In this document: positions 29,300 through 38,992 of the stretch, one piece after another
Layout of the letters: the number at the start of each line of letters is the position of its first letter
Position numbering within the stretch: position 1 is the stretch's first letter
Made by a program: the position numbers and the translations under genes
Notes under the pieces: model-generated
Databases searched by the model: none
The model's input: only the letters and a program-made list of their open reading frames with translations
What the model was told of the DNA's origin: nothing
DNA from: Thermoproteota archaeon
GTDB lineage: Archaea > Korarchaeota > Korarchaeia > Korarchaeales > Korarchaeaceae
Assembly: GCA_027491415.1 (NCBI GenBank)
Contig: JAOZFH010000050.1
Coordinates: 22,778 to 86,777 of the forward strand
Length of the DNA stretch: 64,000 nucleotides
Direction of reading: 5' to 3'

Positions 29300-30907
29300 T
29301 CAGTTTGTGCCCTCCTCGCCGACACCCCCGCCCCCGCGCCTCGCTCGTCGGCTGGCCTGAATCCACGCGGCCAGCGCTACGACGGTTCCTCCGAGGACGG
29401 TGCCGATGGCAACGGCCACCGGGGAGGAGAGTCCTCCTCCCGTCCCGGCGGGTGGGGGTGTGGTCGACGACGGCCCCTCGGTCTGTGGGGGCGAGGTTGA
29501 GGGGGGCTGAGTCTCGGTCTCCGCGGGCGGAGCGGTCTCGGTGGGCGGCGGAGGTGGGACCGACACTGTGGCGTTCACGGTGAACCTCTCGCCCCCGGCG
29601 ACGCAGGTCAGACTCACCGTGTAGTTGCCTGGTTCGATCCTCTGGTCGACGCGGACGGTCACGGGCTCCGTCTCGACCTCCCCGGACGATAAGTGCACGG
29701 GCCCGGACGGAAGTTCAACGGCCAGCTGCGCGGTGGGTGGGGTGACCGTCCATCCCACCAGCAGGTCGGCCTCAAATCCCCCGAGGGACTGAAGGGTGAG
29801 GTTCAGATCGGCCGAGTCCCCCGGCGAGATCTTCAGCGATTCGGGCGAGAGGGTCACGTTGAGCCCCGCCTCCTCGGTGGCCTCCTCGGGACGCCCTCCG
29901 GATGCCGCCCGGTCGAAGAGGTTCAGGAGCAGGCGGTCGTTTCCATCTGGATCTCCCTGCAGGAAGAAGGCCCACCAGAGGGGGGACCCCACGGCCAGTA
30001 TCCCGCCCCCGTCCACCTCGGAGAAGGCGACCATCCCCACGTCCCCCGACTCGCCCGGAATGCCCGCGATCACCAGGGAGTTCGGTGACGAGGCCTCTAC
30101 CGGGGTTGGCCGGAGCAGCCCCACGGCGGAAACGCCTTCCGTGAGCCAGTGCTCCGCCAGCCTGTCCGCCCTAATCCACCCCGATTCCTCCCCATCCCTG
30201 AACGTCAGTCCGAACTCGCCCGTCAGTTGATTCGCCGCGTCCACCGAACCCCTGAAGAAGTAGGAGGCGAAGACCACCAGGTACCCCCCGGACCTGACGT
30301 AGGACTTGATGCGGGATTGACTCATCGATAACAGGCCCCTCTCGTCGAGGATGATTACGTCGAAGGATTCTAGGCCGTCCGACACCCGATGCCAGTCTTC
30401 GCGGAGGACGTAGCTCACGTTGACCTCCGCTTCTTCCACGAATCTCTGAAGCGTCGAGAATGCGTTTGGGTTCGTCGTCGACCCTTCAGAGAAGGGCGAG
30501 GAGTATACCAAGACGTCGAGCCTCGGGGTGGAGTCCAGGACCCTTGCGGATACCGGGATCGTCAGGTCGCCTGCATCCGTCTCCACCACTATGGCGCCCC
30601 CCAGTTCTCCCGGGGTCGACGTGTTCACCCTCACCCCCACGAGCCCGGATCCGCTCGGATTGCGGATCTCCGGGTCGGAGTAGACGATCTCGATCCAGCT
30701 CGGCCCCGAGCTGATCCTCACCATGTTCGCGTCGGTCACCCTGAAGCTCCCTTCCACCACGGCGCCAACGTAGACGGAGCCGAAGTCCAGCTCGGGCGGC
30801 ATTGCCTGTGGGGTCTGCGCGGCCCCGACTGGAGAGGCCGCATGGAAGGGGGCAGAGGCTAGTGCGAACAGGCAGAGGACCAGCGCAAGAAGCACAGAAC
30901 GACTCAT
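29300..30907 (-). CDS. cell-surface protein: Ig-like + GATase-like + Ig-like domains, Pro/Thr linker, C-terminal TM anchor
   Basis: Signal peptide; LESFDVIIL..IKSYVRSGGYLVV; PPPPPTETAPP linker; TM followed by a basic tail. Confidence 0.75.
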   Translation of the reverse strand: MSRSVLLALVLCLFALASAPFHAASPVGAAQTPQAMPPELDFGSVYVGAVVEGSFRVTDANMVRISSGPSWIEIVYSDPEIRNPSGSGLVGVRVNTSTPGELGGAIVVETDAGDLTIPVSARVLDSTPRLDVLVYSSPFSEGSTTNPNAFSTLQRFVEEAEVNVSYVLREDWHRVSDGLESFDVIILDERGLLSMSQSRIKSYVRSGGYLVVFASYFFRGSVDAANQLTGEFGLTFRDGEESGWIRADRLAEHWLTEGVSAVGLLRPTPVEASSPNSLVIAGIPGESGDVGMVAFSEVDGGGILAVGSPLWWAFFLQGDPDGNDRLLLNLFDRAASGGRPEEATEEAGLNVTLSPESLKISPGDSADLNLTLQSLGGFEADLLVGWTVTPPTAQLAVELPSGPVHLSSGEVETEPVTVRVDQRIEPGNYTVSLTCVAGGERFTVNATVSVPPPPPTETAPPAETETQPPSTSPPQTEGPSSTTPPPAGTGGGLSSPVAVAIGTVLGGTVVALAAWIQASRRARRGGGGVGEEGTN

Positions 30908-31178
30908 GCGGGCATCACTTTCCCCTAGTGCGCCCTGCCGAAACCCAAAAAGAGCCCCTACACGGGCCGTGAAGGCGACTCTGGGTCAGAGGGTGCATCC
31001 TCAGAACTCAGAGGAACAATTTAACCATAGCAGCTCTCTGGGGTTCAAATGGAGAGCCAGCAAGGGCCGGAGAGATCTGATTTCACCGCCTTCTGGCCCC
31101 CAGCGTCGTCCCTGAGTTCCAGAGACCCACACAGAGGACGGACGTTCCCAACTCACGCATGACTCCGGAACAGCCTGA

Positions 31179-31480
31179 TCAGGGCGGTAACGAATCCAAG
31201 TGGACCCTCGCCGACCCCTCCGCGACCTCTATTGCCACCTCCACAGCCCTCCTCAGGGCTGACGCCAAGAGACTCAGGACCTCTCTATCCATCTCGGCCG
31301 CTATCTCGGACGAGATGGGGACAAGAATGGACCCCGCAGGTGCGTCGAGGCCCAGGCGATCCTCCTCCCTCGAGGCCCAGTAGGACACGTAGTTGTGCGG
31401 AAAGGTGCCAGCGTGGTGAGACAGCCTCGCCGGGATCCCCTCAGCCCTGAGCCTTCTCACGATCTCGCCGGCGGGAATGC
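31179..31480 (-). pseudogene. pcp: pyroglutamyl-peptidase I remnant
   Basis: IVRRLRAEGIPARLSHHAGTFPHNY...AGSILVP; catalytic Cys and His lost and 5' half missing. Confidence 0.7.
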
Positions 31481-31590
31481 CGAGGCCACCTCTACCCCAT
31501 CGCGAAGGTCATGACTCTCTCCAGCATGGCGGAGTGGAAGGGCCGGGGAAACGGACTTATACCGATTCGGAGTGCCGGTAGGAGGGCACC

Positions 31591-32349
31591 CTGAAGAAAA
31601 GCGACCTGAACACCTGGGGCCTGCCGTCTGTTCTGGAGGGCTCTCCTTCCCTCAGGAAGCTCTGGGATAGAGCGGTCAGTTTGGACAGCAGGCTCGTTCT
31701 CGCAGTGGACTTTCTGAGCGGTTCGAGACCGAAGGAGAGTGGCGTCAGCGCGCTCCTAGAGGAGATCGACGATCTCGCGGTCGGGGTAAAGGTTGGCCTC
31801 CCGCTGGCGCTGGAGGTCGGCTGGGAGGGTCTGTCTCGCCTCGCCTCAAGGTACCCTGAGTTCTACTGGATCGCGGACCTCAAGCTCGCGGACATCCCGG
31901 CCGTCGAGATTCGGGTGCTGGAGGGACTGGCGCTGATGGGCTTCGACGCGGCCATCATCCACCTGTTCCCAATGGGGCTGGAGGAGGTCTCCTCCGCTGC
32001 CGCGAAACTGGGGATCGACCTCATTGGGGTGGCGGCGATGAGTCACCCCAGAGCGCACACCTTCGAAGAGAGTCTCGAGACGCTGGTGGCGTACGCTCGA
32101 CAGGTCGGGGTGGAGGGGCTGGTGGTGGGGGCCACCAAGCCGGGGCTGATTGAGGCCACTCGGTCCCTACACCCCAGGGCCACGATCCTATCGCCGGGGG
32201 TGGGAGCCCAGGGGGCAGAGCCTGGAGCGGCGATCAGGGCAGGAGCAGACTTTGAGATCGTCGGCAGGGCCATAACGCTCTCCGAGAACCCTCGAACCTC
32301 TGCCGAGGAAGTCGTCGAGGCTCAGAGGGGGTGGGCGCGATGGACTTGA
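31591..32349 (+). CDS. pyrF: orotidine-5'-phosphate decarboxylase (CTG start proposed; TTG at 31681 is the alternative)
   Basis: VKVG, IADLKLADIP, MSHP, VVGAT, LSPGVGAQG, IVGRAI. Confidence 0.93.
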   Translation: MKKSDLNTWGLPSVLEGSPSLRKLWDRAVSLDSRLVLAVDFLSGSRPKESGVSALLEEIDDLAVGVKVGLPLALEVGWEGLSRLASRYPEFYWIADLKLADIPAVEIRVLEGLALMGFDAAIIHLFPMGLEEVSSAAAKLGIDLIGVAAMSHPRAHTFEESLETLVAYARQVGVEGLVVGATKPGLIEATRSLHPRATILSPGVGAQGAEPGAAIRAGADFEIVGRAITLSENPRTSAEEVVEAQRGWARWT

Positions 32350-32942
32350 AGGCGGAAATCCTTAGGCTGGGGCTGCTGAGGTTCGGGAGGTTCAGGCTCT
32401 CCTCCGGCGAACTGAGCCCTGTCTACGTGGACCTCAGGCCAGCGGCCTCGCATCCCGACTTCTTCGACTCACTCGTGGAGCGGCTCTCCGCCCTGGTGTT
32501 CCTCGGTGGGCACGACGCCGTGTGCGGCGTGGCCGTCTCTGGCCTGCCGTTGGCCACAGGCGTGGCTCTGAGACTTCGAATACCCCTGCTCTACATCAGA
32601 GGACGGCGAAAAGATCACGGGACCATGTCAACGCTCGAGGGCGGACTTCAGAAGGGGTGGGACGTGGCTGTCATCGACGACGTGTCCACCACGGGATCCT
32701 CGATACTCCGAGCCGTCAGGGCGCTAAGGTCATCCGGCGCCGATGTCAGAGCCGCCTACGTGGTCGTCGACAGGGAGCAGGGCGCTCGGGAGAGGCTGAC
32801 AGAGTTCGGGGTGGATCTCAGGCCGCTGACCACCCTCCTGGGGGTGGTAGAGAGGGGAGTCGAGCTAGGGTTGGTCGATGGGGCGACGGCCGAGGAGGTG
32901 CGCAGACACCTGACTGCGACAAGAGTCGGTGGAAGGGGGTGA
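32340..32942 (+). CDS. pyrE: orotate phosphoribosyltransferase
   Basis: FGRFRLSSGELSPVYVDLR, KDHGT, VIDDVSTTGSS, VVDREQG. Confidence 0.95.
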   Translation: MDLKAEILRLGLLRFGRFRLSSGELSPVYVDLRPAASHPDFFDSLVERLSALVFLGGHDAVCGVAVSGLPLATGVALRLRIPLLYIRGRRKDHGTMSTLEGGLQKGWDVAVIDDVSTTGSSILRAVRALRSSGADVRAAYVVVDREQGARERLTEFGVDLRPLTTLLGVVERGVELGLVDGATAEEVRRHLTATRVGGRG

Positions 32943-32948
32943 CCAAGG

Positions 32949-33716
32949 GTGCACCTGACGGCGGAGGTAAGAGAGGTCGAGAAACTCACGGCGCGAGTGA
33001 AGCTCTACGTCCTGGAGTTGAAGGAGCGCCTCGGGTCCTGGCCTGGCCAGTTCGTAATGGTCTGGCTTCCGGGATCCGGGGAGATACCGATCAGCGTCGC
33101 CAGGGAGAGGGGGCGCGAGATCTGGCTGGTGATCGCAAGGGTTGGCAGGGTCACCGGGGCCATCCACGAGGAGGTGGGCGAGGGGGCAAGGCTCTGGATC
33201 AGGGGGCCCTACGGGCGCGGGTTCTCCACAAGCCCTGGGAGACACCTGCTCGTGGGCGGGGGCTTTGGCGTGGCCCCGCTGCTCAGGCTAGCAGATGAGC
33301 TTCGAGCTCTCGACGGGCCGGTGGAGGTCTGGGCGGCGCTCGGATTCAAGTCCGCCGACGACGCGCTGCTGCTCGAGGAATTCAAAGAGGTCGTAGACAG
33401 GGTGACCGTGTCCACGGACGACGGCACCCTGGGGGAGAAGGGTCTCGTTACCGACGTGGTGGAGCTGGATTGGCCGAATGTGGTCCACGCCTCTGGACCC
33501 GAGCCCATGCTCAGGGCGCTGGCCTTTTCCTGTCTCCAGAGGGGCGTGAGGCTGGAGATCAGCCTTGAGAGGCGGATGAGGTGTGGCCTGGGGCTGTGCG
33601 GATCCTGTGAGGTCGAGTCGACCGGGATGAGGGTTTGCAGAGACGGGCCCGTCTTCGACGCCAGGCTCCTGGCCTCCGCGGAGTTCGCCAGGCGGTCGCT
33701 GGAGGTGTGGGCGTGA
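32949..33716 (+). CDS. pyrK: dihydroorotate dehydrogenase electron transfer subunit
   Basis: PGQFVMVW, IRGPYGRGF, VGGGFGVAPL, SLERRMRCGLGLCGSC...VCRDGPVF. Confidence 0.93.
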   Translation: MHLTAEVREVEKLTARVKLYVLELKERLGSWPGQFVMVWLPGSGEIPISVARERGREIWLVIARVGRVTGAIHEEVGEGARLWIRGPYGRGFSTSPGRHLLVGGGFGVAPLLRLADELRALDGPVEVWAALGFKSADDALLLEEFKEVVDRVTVSTDDGTLGEKGLVTDVVELDWPNVVHASGPEPMLRALAFSCLQRGVRLEISLERRMRCGLGLCGSCEVESTGMRVCRDGPVFDARLLASAEFARRSLEVWA

Positions 33717-34693
33717 GGACTGAAGGGGGCGTGGGAGCCGAGACTCGGCCCTCAGAGAGATCTGCGGGTGGATGGGCGCTCGAGGTGGAGCTCGCGGGCC
33801 TCCGCCTCGCTAATCCGACGGTTCTGGCCTCCGGAGTGCTCGGGACGTCTGCGTCCCTTCTGGCCAGGGCAGCAAGCTCCGGAGCGGGCGCTGTGACCAC
33901 GAAGACCCTCACGCTTCATCCCAGGCGGGGTAACCCCAATCCGGTTGTTGTAGAGTTGGACACGGGGCTCCTCAACTCCATGGGACTCCCAAACCCTGGA
34001 CTGGAGCCTTTCCTACCCGAGATCCGTGCGTACCGGTCCTCCGGCCTCAGGTCACCGCTGATAGGGAGCATCTGGGCGCTTAACTCAGAGGAAGCGTCCA
34101 CCATGGCATCGATGATTCAAGAGGCGGGTGCCAACGCGGTGGAGTTGAACGTTTCATGCCCCAACGCTTCTAAGGACGAGCTGGACACTATTGGGAGTGA
34201 GCAACTCGTGAGAGAGTTGGTCGAGGCAGTCAGGCGCTCTGTTAGCGTGCCGGTATTCGTGAAGCTGCCTCCCCTGCACTGGGGGCTCACCAAGCTGGCG
34301 GGGGCAGCCGTTGATGCCGGCGCGGATGTCCTCGTGGCAACCAACGCGCTCAGAGGAATGGCGATTGACGTACGTGCCCGCCGCCCGATCCTCTCAGGGA
34401 TCACTGGGGGTCTGTCCGGCAGGGCCCTGAAGCCGGTGGCCCTGAGAGCCGTCTACGAACTCTATGGGGAGTTCGGCGACGAGATCCAAGTAGTGGGGGT
34501 GGGAGGCGTACAAGACTGGCGAGACGCCGTGGAGTACCTCCTTGCGGGCGCCTCTGCCGTCGAGATCGGGACGGCACTGATCTACCGGGGTCTCAGCGTG
34601 TTCAGGAGAGTGGCCTCAGGGATCGAGGGGTATCTGCGAGAGGAGGGGTTTCACTCCGTGGAAGAAATCGTAGGGGCCGCTCGCCGCGGGTGA
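33713..34693 (+). CDS. pyrD: dihydroorotate dehydrogenase (family 1B)
   Basis: NPTVLASG, VTTKT, LNSMGLPNPG, ELNVSCPN, GGLSGRALKP, VGVGG. Confidence 0.95.
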   Translation: MRTEGGVGAETRPSERSAGGWALEVELAGLRLANPTVLASGVLGTSASLLARAASSGAGAVTTKTLTLHPRRGNPNPVVVELDTGLLNSMGLPNPGLEPFLPEIRAYRSSGLRSPLIGSIWALNSEEASTMASMIQEAGANAVELNVSCPNASKDELDTIGSEQLVRELVEAVRRSVSVPVFVKLPPLHWGLTKLAGAAVDAGADVLVATNALRGMAIDVRARRPILSGITGGLSGRALKPVALRAVYELYGEFGDEIQVVGVGGVQDWRDAVEYLLAGASAVEIGTALIYRGLSVFRRVASGIEGYLREEGFHSVEEIVGAARRG

Positions 34694-34765
34694 TCGCCGG
34701 CCGCCATTCACCACTCGGCCCCCTCGGGTAAAATTCAGAAAAAAGTGTGGAGAGGTTCGGGCGGC

Positions 34766-35425
34766 TCACTCGACCTTCTTGTGACAGAACCACCAGTCGA
34801 AGCACTCGATCTCTCCAGCCTTGGCCTTCTCTAGCCTCTCCTTGGCGGTCTCCTCGTCAGAGGCGGGCGGGACTATGACGTGGTCGCCGACCAGCTCGTT
34901 CTCGGGCCAGTTGTGCGGAATGGCCACGCCGTGCTTGTCGGCCACCTGGAAGCCCTTGATCATCCTCAGTATCTCGTCGACGTTCCTCCCGAGCTCCTGC
35001 GGGTAGTAGAGGATGGCCCTGATTATGCCATTCGGGTCGACTACGAAGACGGCCCTCACGGTGTTGGTGCCCTTGTTCGGGTGAATGAGGCCCAGCGCGC
35101 TGGCGACCTTGCCCAGGTCGTCGGCTATTATCGGGAACTTGATCTCCACGCCGAGCTTCTCCTTGATCCACTCGACCCACTTGATGTGGCTGAACACCTG
35201 GTCGATGCTCAGGCCGATGAGCTCGGTGTTGAGCTCCTTGAACTTCTCGTACCTCTTCTGGAAGGCGACGAACTCGGTGGTGCAGACGGGCGTGAAGTCG
35301 GCTGGGTGGCTGAACAGCACGAACCACTTGCCGGCGAAGTGGTCGGGGAGCTTGATCTTGCCGTGGGTCGTCTGGACCTCGAGGGTTGGGAACTTCTCGC
35401 CCAGCAGCGGAATCCTTCCCTCCAT
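34766..35425 (-). CDS. ahpC: archaeal peroxiredoxin
   Basis: [12 protein letters not shown]; C-terminal CFDWWFC; followed by a T6 tract. Confidence 0.95.
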   Translation of the reverse strand: MEGRIPLLGEKFPTLEVQTTHGKIKLPDHFAGKWFVLFSHPADFTPVCTTEFVAFQKRYEKFKELNTELIGLSIDQVFSHIKWVEWIKEKLGVEIKFPIIADDLGKVASALGLIHPNKGTNTVRAVFVVDPNGIIRAILYYPQELGRNVDEILRMIKGFQVADKHGVAIPHNWPENELVGDHVIVPPASDEETAKERLEKAKAGEIECFDWWFCHKKVE

Positions 35426-35438
35426 GATACCACCTACT

Positions 35439-35464
35439 AACCAACTTGGTTGTGATATTATAAG
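35439..35464 (-). promoter_or_regulatory. prx promoter with operator-like palindrome
   Basis: TTATAATA box followed by AACCAA-G-TTGGTT before the SD. Confidence 0.5.
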
Positions 35465-35621
35465 TCTTACCTTCGCTATCCAAACTTCAATAACCTGACC
35501 TTTACCTAAACAAAGTGATTGATCTCGGGTTGTTCAGAGTTCCCAAAGATACAAAGAGGTATCCAACCAGAGGCAATAAAAATGGAAAAATTAGGGGAGT
35601 CTAAAAGAGACCCTCGGGGTC

Positions 35622-36893
35622 TCAATCCGACCCTCCGTCGCCGCCTGTCCGGCCCACTTCAGGCTGCCCTTCTCCACCTTCCGCTGCCATTTCTTCCCGC
35701 TGCCGACTTACCCCTTCGAGATCCTCGGGCTCCCCCTTGGTCGCGACGTAGATCAGCGCGGCAACGGCCGCGAGGAGCGGGGTCAGCGCCGCGCCCGTGA
35801 TGACGTAGACGCCAGGCAGGTTGGCCAGGGGGTTCACCGTGTCGACGGAGAGGGCGCTGACGACCCAGGACGGCAGCATGTTGAAGAGGTCGGGCCTGGC
35901 CACGAAGTACGGGAGCTGGCTGTACATGTTGAGCAGCTCTCCCGTGATCACCGTGCCCAGGGCGGCCGGCCCCAGCGTCTTTATCCAGCTCATGGGTCGG
36001 TCGTCGAGCTCTAATCCCTTGAGGAGCCTGTCGAGGACGTAGAGGATGACTCCGAACTGAACGGCCACCAGCGCCATCTTCACAAGGAAGAGCCAGGAGA
36101 AGTCCTTGGTCGGGTCCGCGCCCAAGAACCCGCCGAAGATGTTCAAGAACTTGTACTGCGAGACGGAGAGGAGGCTTAGCGTGTACCAGAAGCCGAAGAC
36201 CAGCATCAAGAACAGGGAGAGCGTGCCGTACGGCAGCAGAGCCTTCACCAGACCGGCGTACCTCTCCCTCAGCTCACCCTCCGTCCTGAGGTACCTCCAG
36301 GCGTATGCCGACGCGACGACGAATAGTCCGGTGGACAGGGCGCCGAACACGCTCTTCAGGTAGAGCGGCATCAGGGTCGGGTTCGACAGCGCCTCGCCCA
36401 GTATCAGGTGGGGCTTTGGCTGGAGCCTGAGGCCGAACGGGGCGTTAAGGAACGCGAAGACAGCCCTGAAGCCGAGGGGGATCAGGATGCCGGTGGCGGC
36501 CATCGCGGCCCCGATGAGCAGGTGGATGCCGCTGGAGACGCGATCCCAGAGGTACCAGTAGCCGGCCACTGAGAGGAACCTGAGGGCTATGAGGAGGACG
36601 GCGAGGCCGAAGGGCACCCAGGTGAGGTGCCCGGCCAGCCCTATGAAGGCGGGGTAGAAGGCGAGCAGGGCGACGGTGAAGGCCGTGCCGAAGACTCCGG
36701 CGACGGCGTACGTCATTGCGTAGTATCTCATGAGGTTCTTGGCCCTCCTGACCAGGAACTCGTCCTCCCTGCGCTCCCCGACCCTCTTCATGATCGGGAT
36801 GAGCGTCGCAAGCCCTATGTCCAGGTTTACGAGGGCGATGTGGAGGCCAAAGGCCAGGGAGAGGATGAAGACGATGGGAACGGGCTCGGGCAT
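35622..36893 (-). CDS. cytochrome bd oxidase second subunit, CydA' (CydA paralogue)
   Basis: CydA-like HIALVNLDIG, YAVAGVFGT, GELLNMYSQLPY; directly downstream of cydA. Confidence 0.8.
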   Translation of the reverse strand: MPEPVPIVFILSLAFGLHIALVNLDIGLATLIPIMKRVGERREDEFLVRRAKNLMRYYAMTYAVAGVFGTAFTVALLAFYPAFIGLAGHLTWVPFGLAVLLIALRFLSVAGYWYLWDRVSSGIHLLIGAAMAATGILIPLGFRAVFAFLNAPFGLRLQPKPHLILGEALSNPTLMPLYLKSVFGALSTGLFVVASAYAWRYLRTEGELRERYAGLVKALLPYGTLSLFLMLVFGFWYTLSLLSVSQYKFLNIFGGFLGADPTKDFSWLFLVKMALVAVQFGVILYVLDRLLKGLELDDRPMSWIKTLGPAALGTVITGELLNMYSQLPYFVARPDLFNMLPSWVVSALSVDTVNPLANLPGVYVITGAALTPLLAAVAALIYVATKGEPEDLEGVSRQREEMAAEGGEGQPEVGRTGGDGGSD

Positions 36894-36901
36894 GCGTCAG
36901 C

Positions 36902-38515
36902 TCACCTCCCACTCTCCTCCCTCTTCCAGAGGTAGACGTAGACCACGGCGAACAGGAGCGCCAGCAGGGCGACTAGGTAGGCGGCGACTAGCATCAGCTG
37001 CCACGTCGGCGGCGGGTTCACGGTGAGCTCGGTCTGGACGTCCATGATCCCGTAGATGGCCCAGGGCTTCCTCCCCATCTCCCTGACCGCCCACCCGAGG
37101 AAGCTAACCACATGCGCCAGGACCGGCGAGGCGGCGGAGAGGTTGAGGGCCCAGCCCGGCGGTTCGGCCGACCTCCTGAGGCATGCGACCGAGAGGAGGG
37201 CCACGAGTCCGAGGAGGACCCCCAGCCCGATCTTGGTGTAGTAGAGGTAGTGCACGACCAGGGGGGGCCTGAAGTCGGACTGGATGAGGTCGTAGGACGG
37301 GATGACCGCGCTCGTGCTCCCGTAGGCCAGGAGCGGCATGAGCTTCCCGTGGACCAGCCCTTCGGCGTGGATCAAGGCCGGCAGACTCGTTATCTGCTCG
37401 CTGGTCCCCTCCATCGCGGCGAACTTCTCCGGGTTGAACTCGGCGACGGCGGCCCCCATCGCGTGGCCGGAGCCGGTCCCCTGGATGGCCACGGCCACCA
37501 GGGCCACCACGGCGGCGAACTTGAAGGCCCTCCTGAAGTACTCCCTGTCCGGATCGTCCCCGGGAGTTCTGAGGAGCCTCAGCGCGTAGGCGCCCATGAC
37601 CGTGAAGGCCGAGACGGTCACCGCGGCTCCTATGGAGTGCACGAAGGTGGCCACGTAAGTCCCGGACTTGAAGGTGATCGTGTACACGCCGGCGTGCCTT
37701 ACGGTGTTGGCCACTATCGAGTCGAGGACGCTCTTGAGCGGGACCGACGCGAGCGCCTGGGCCGCCTCGGGTCTCGCGACCGCCGCGAGCAGGCTCTCGC
37801 CGACGGTGTAGCCGGCGAAGGCCTGACCCATCAGCGCCCTGACCAGCCCGGCCGGCAGCGAGACCAGGACGTAGTCGGCCCCGCTCTCCAGGAGCTTCCC
37901 CCCGACCGACGCGAGCTTCTGGGCGTCGAGGGCCTGGGCCACCTGAGTGGGGACGAAGAGGAGCACCTCCGGCGGCGCCCAGGATCCCGTCGTCGGGTCG
38001 TAGTTCGCCAAGACGTTTGCCGGAGACTGCATGAAGGAGTTGACGCTCAGGATCATGGCCCCGGAGAACCAGGCGCCGGCCAGGGCGAGCACCCCGATGA
38101 GCAGGTGCGCCTTGCGGGAGACCCTGCCGTCGGCGTAGAAGTAGAGGTAGATGAAGACGACCTCCGTGATGAAGGCGAAGATCTCGAGGTAGAGCGGGAA
38201 GTAGATGTACCTGCCGGCCGCCTCCGTGAGGTTGGGCCAGAGCAGTATGAGCCCGAACTCCGACGCCGTGCCGGAGGCGGCGCCGACCGCGAAGACCACC
38301 GCGAAGCCCTTGGCCAGGTTCCTGGACAGCCTCTTCCAGTGCTCGTTCCCCGTCCGCAGCCAAATGGCCTCGGCCAAGACCGCCAGGAGCGGCAGGCCGA
38401 GGACGTACTGCAGTATGGCCCAGTGGACCTCTATGCCTATCATGGACAGGAGGCGCTCGTACCCGGCCGGGTATCCCCTGAGCCACTCCAGGATCAGATC
38501 GACGAGGCCCGGCAT
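36902..38515 (-). CDS. cydA: cytochrome bd ubiquinol oxidase subunit I
   Basis: H19-equivalent EVHW, FAVGAASGT, LEIFAFITE, NSFMQSP, VHS, PEKFAAMEG, GWAVREMGRKPW. Confidence 0.93.
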   Translation of the reverse strand: MPGLVDLILEWLRGYPAGYERLLSMIGIEVHWAILQYVLGLPLLAVLAEAIWLRTGNEHWKRLSRNLAKGFAVVFAVGAASGTASEFGLILLWPNLTEAAGRYIYFPLYLEIFAFITEVVFIYLYFYADGRVSRKAHLLIGVLALAGAWFSGAMILSVNSFMQSPANVLANYDPTTGSWAPPEVLLFVPTQVAQALDAQKLASVGGKLLESGADYVLVSLPAGLVRALMGQAFAGYTVGESLLAAVARPEAAQALASVPLKSVLDSIVANTVRHAGVYTITFKSGTYVATFVHSIGAAVTVSAFTVMGAYALRLLRTPGDDPDREYFRRAFKFAAVVALVAVAIQGTGSGHAMGAAVAEFNPEKFAAMEGTSEQITSLPALIHAEGLVHGKLMPLLAYGSTSAVIPSYDLIQSDFRPPLVVHYLYYTKIGLGVLLGLVALLSVACLRRSAEPPGWALNLSAASPVLAHVVSFLGWAVREMGRKPWAIYGIMDVQTELTVNPPPTWQLMLVAAYLVALLALLFAVVYVYLWKREESGR

Positions 38516-38597
38516 GGCAACCTCTGGTTCTCGTGCCTCGCTGGTTTCTAATTTAAATTAATCCGGTTAGAATTACAAACTAAGCCGTCCCCGGGCC

Positions 38598-38948
38598 CTA
38601 CCGCCTCCGGGGCTGGTCCTCAACCCTCCCCGATCCAAAGTAGGCCGTCGGCCCTTCAGCCTCCCTGAGGACCCTCGCCCTCTCCCCCACCCTGTAGAGG
38701 GCCAGGTACTCATCGTCCCCCACCCTGTCAACGGCCTCAACGACGACCTCGTCGCCCAGCAGATCTCGGACCCTCCAGGCGAGGTCCTCGAAGTAGTCGT
38801 AGAGGCCGCAGGAGGCGCAGAAGGGGCCCCTCATCCTGACGACCGCGGCGTCTCCCTCAACGTGGATCAGCTCTGCCACGGCCTCCGGACTGCGGAACTC
38901 GTTGAACCCCCTCACGGCCTCCTCAAATGCCTCCTTCAAGTCACGCAT
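38598..38948 (-). CDS. small CxxC protein (NifU-C-like archaeal hypothetical)
   Basis: FNEFRSPEAVA...VRMRGPFCASCGLYDYFEDL. Confidence 0.7.
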   Translation of the reverse strand: MRDLKEAFEEAVRGFNEFRSPEAVAELIHVEGDAAVVRMRGPFCASCGLYDYFEDLAWRVRDLLGDEVVVEAVDRVGDDEYLALYRVGERARVLREAEGPTAYFGSGRVEDQPRRR

Positions 38949-38992
38949 CCCGCGCGGCCCCCGTCTGGGGTTAATAAGGGCTCACCCATGGG

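Noticed and set aside
37104-38551. Long ORFs of 460 and 479 aa overlapping cydA
   Set aside because: Shadow frames caused by high GC3; Arg/Gly/Pro-rich with no motifs
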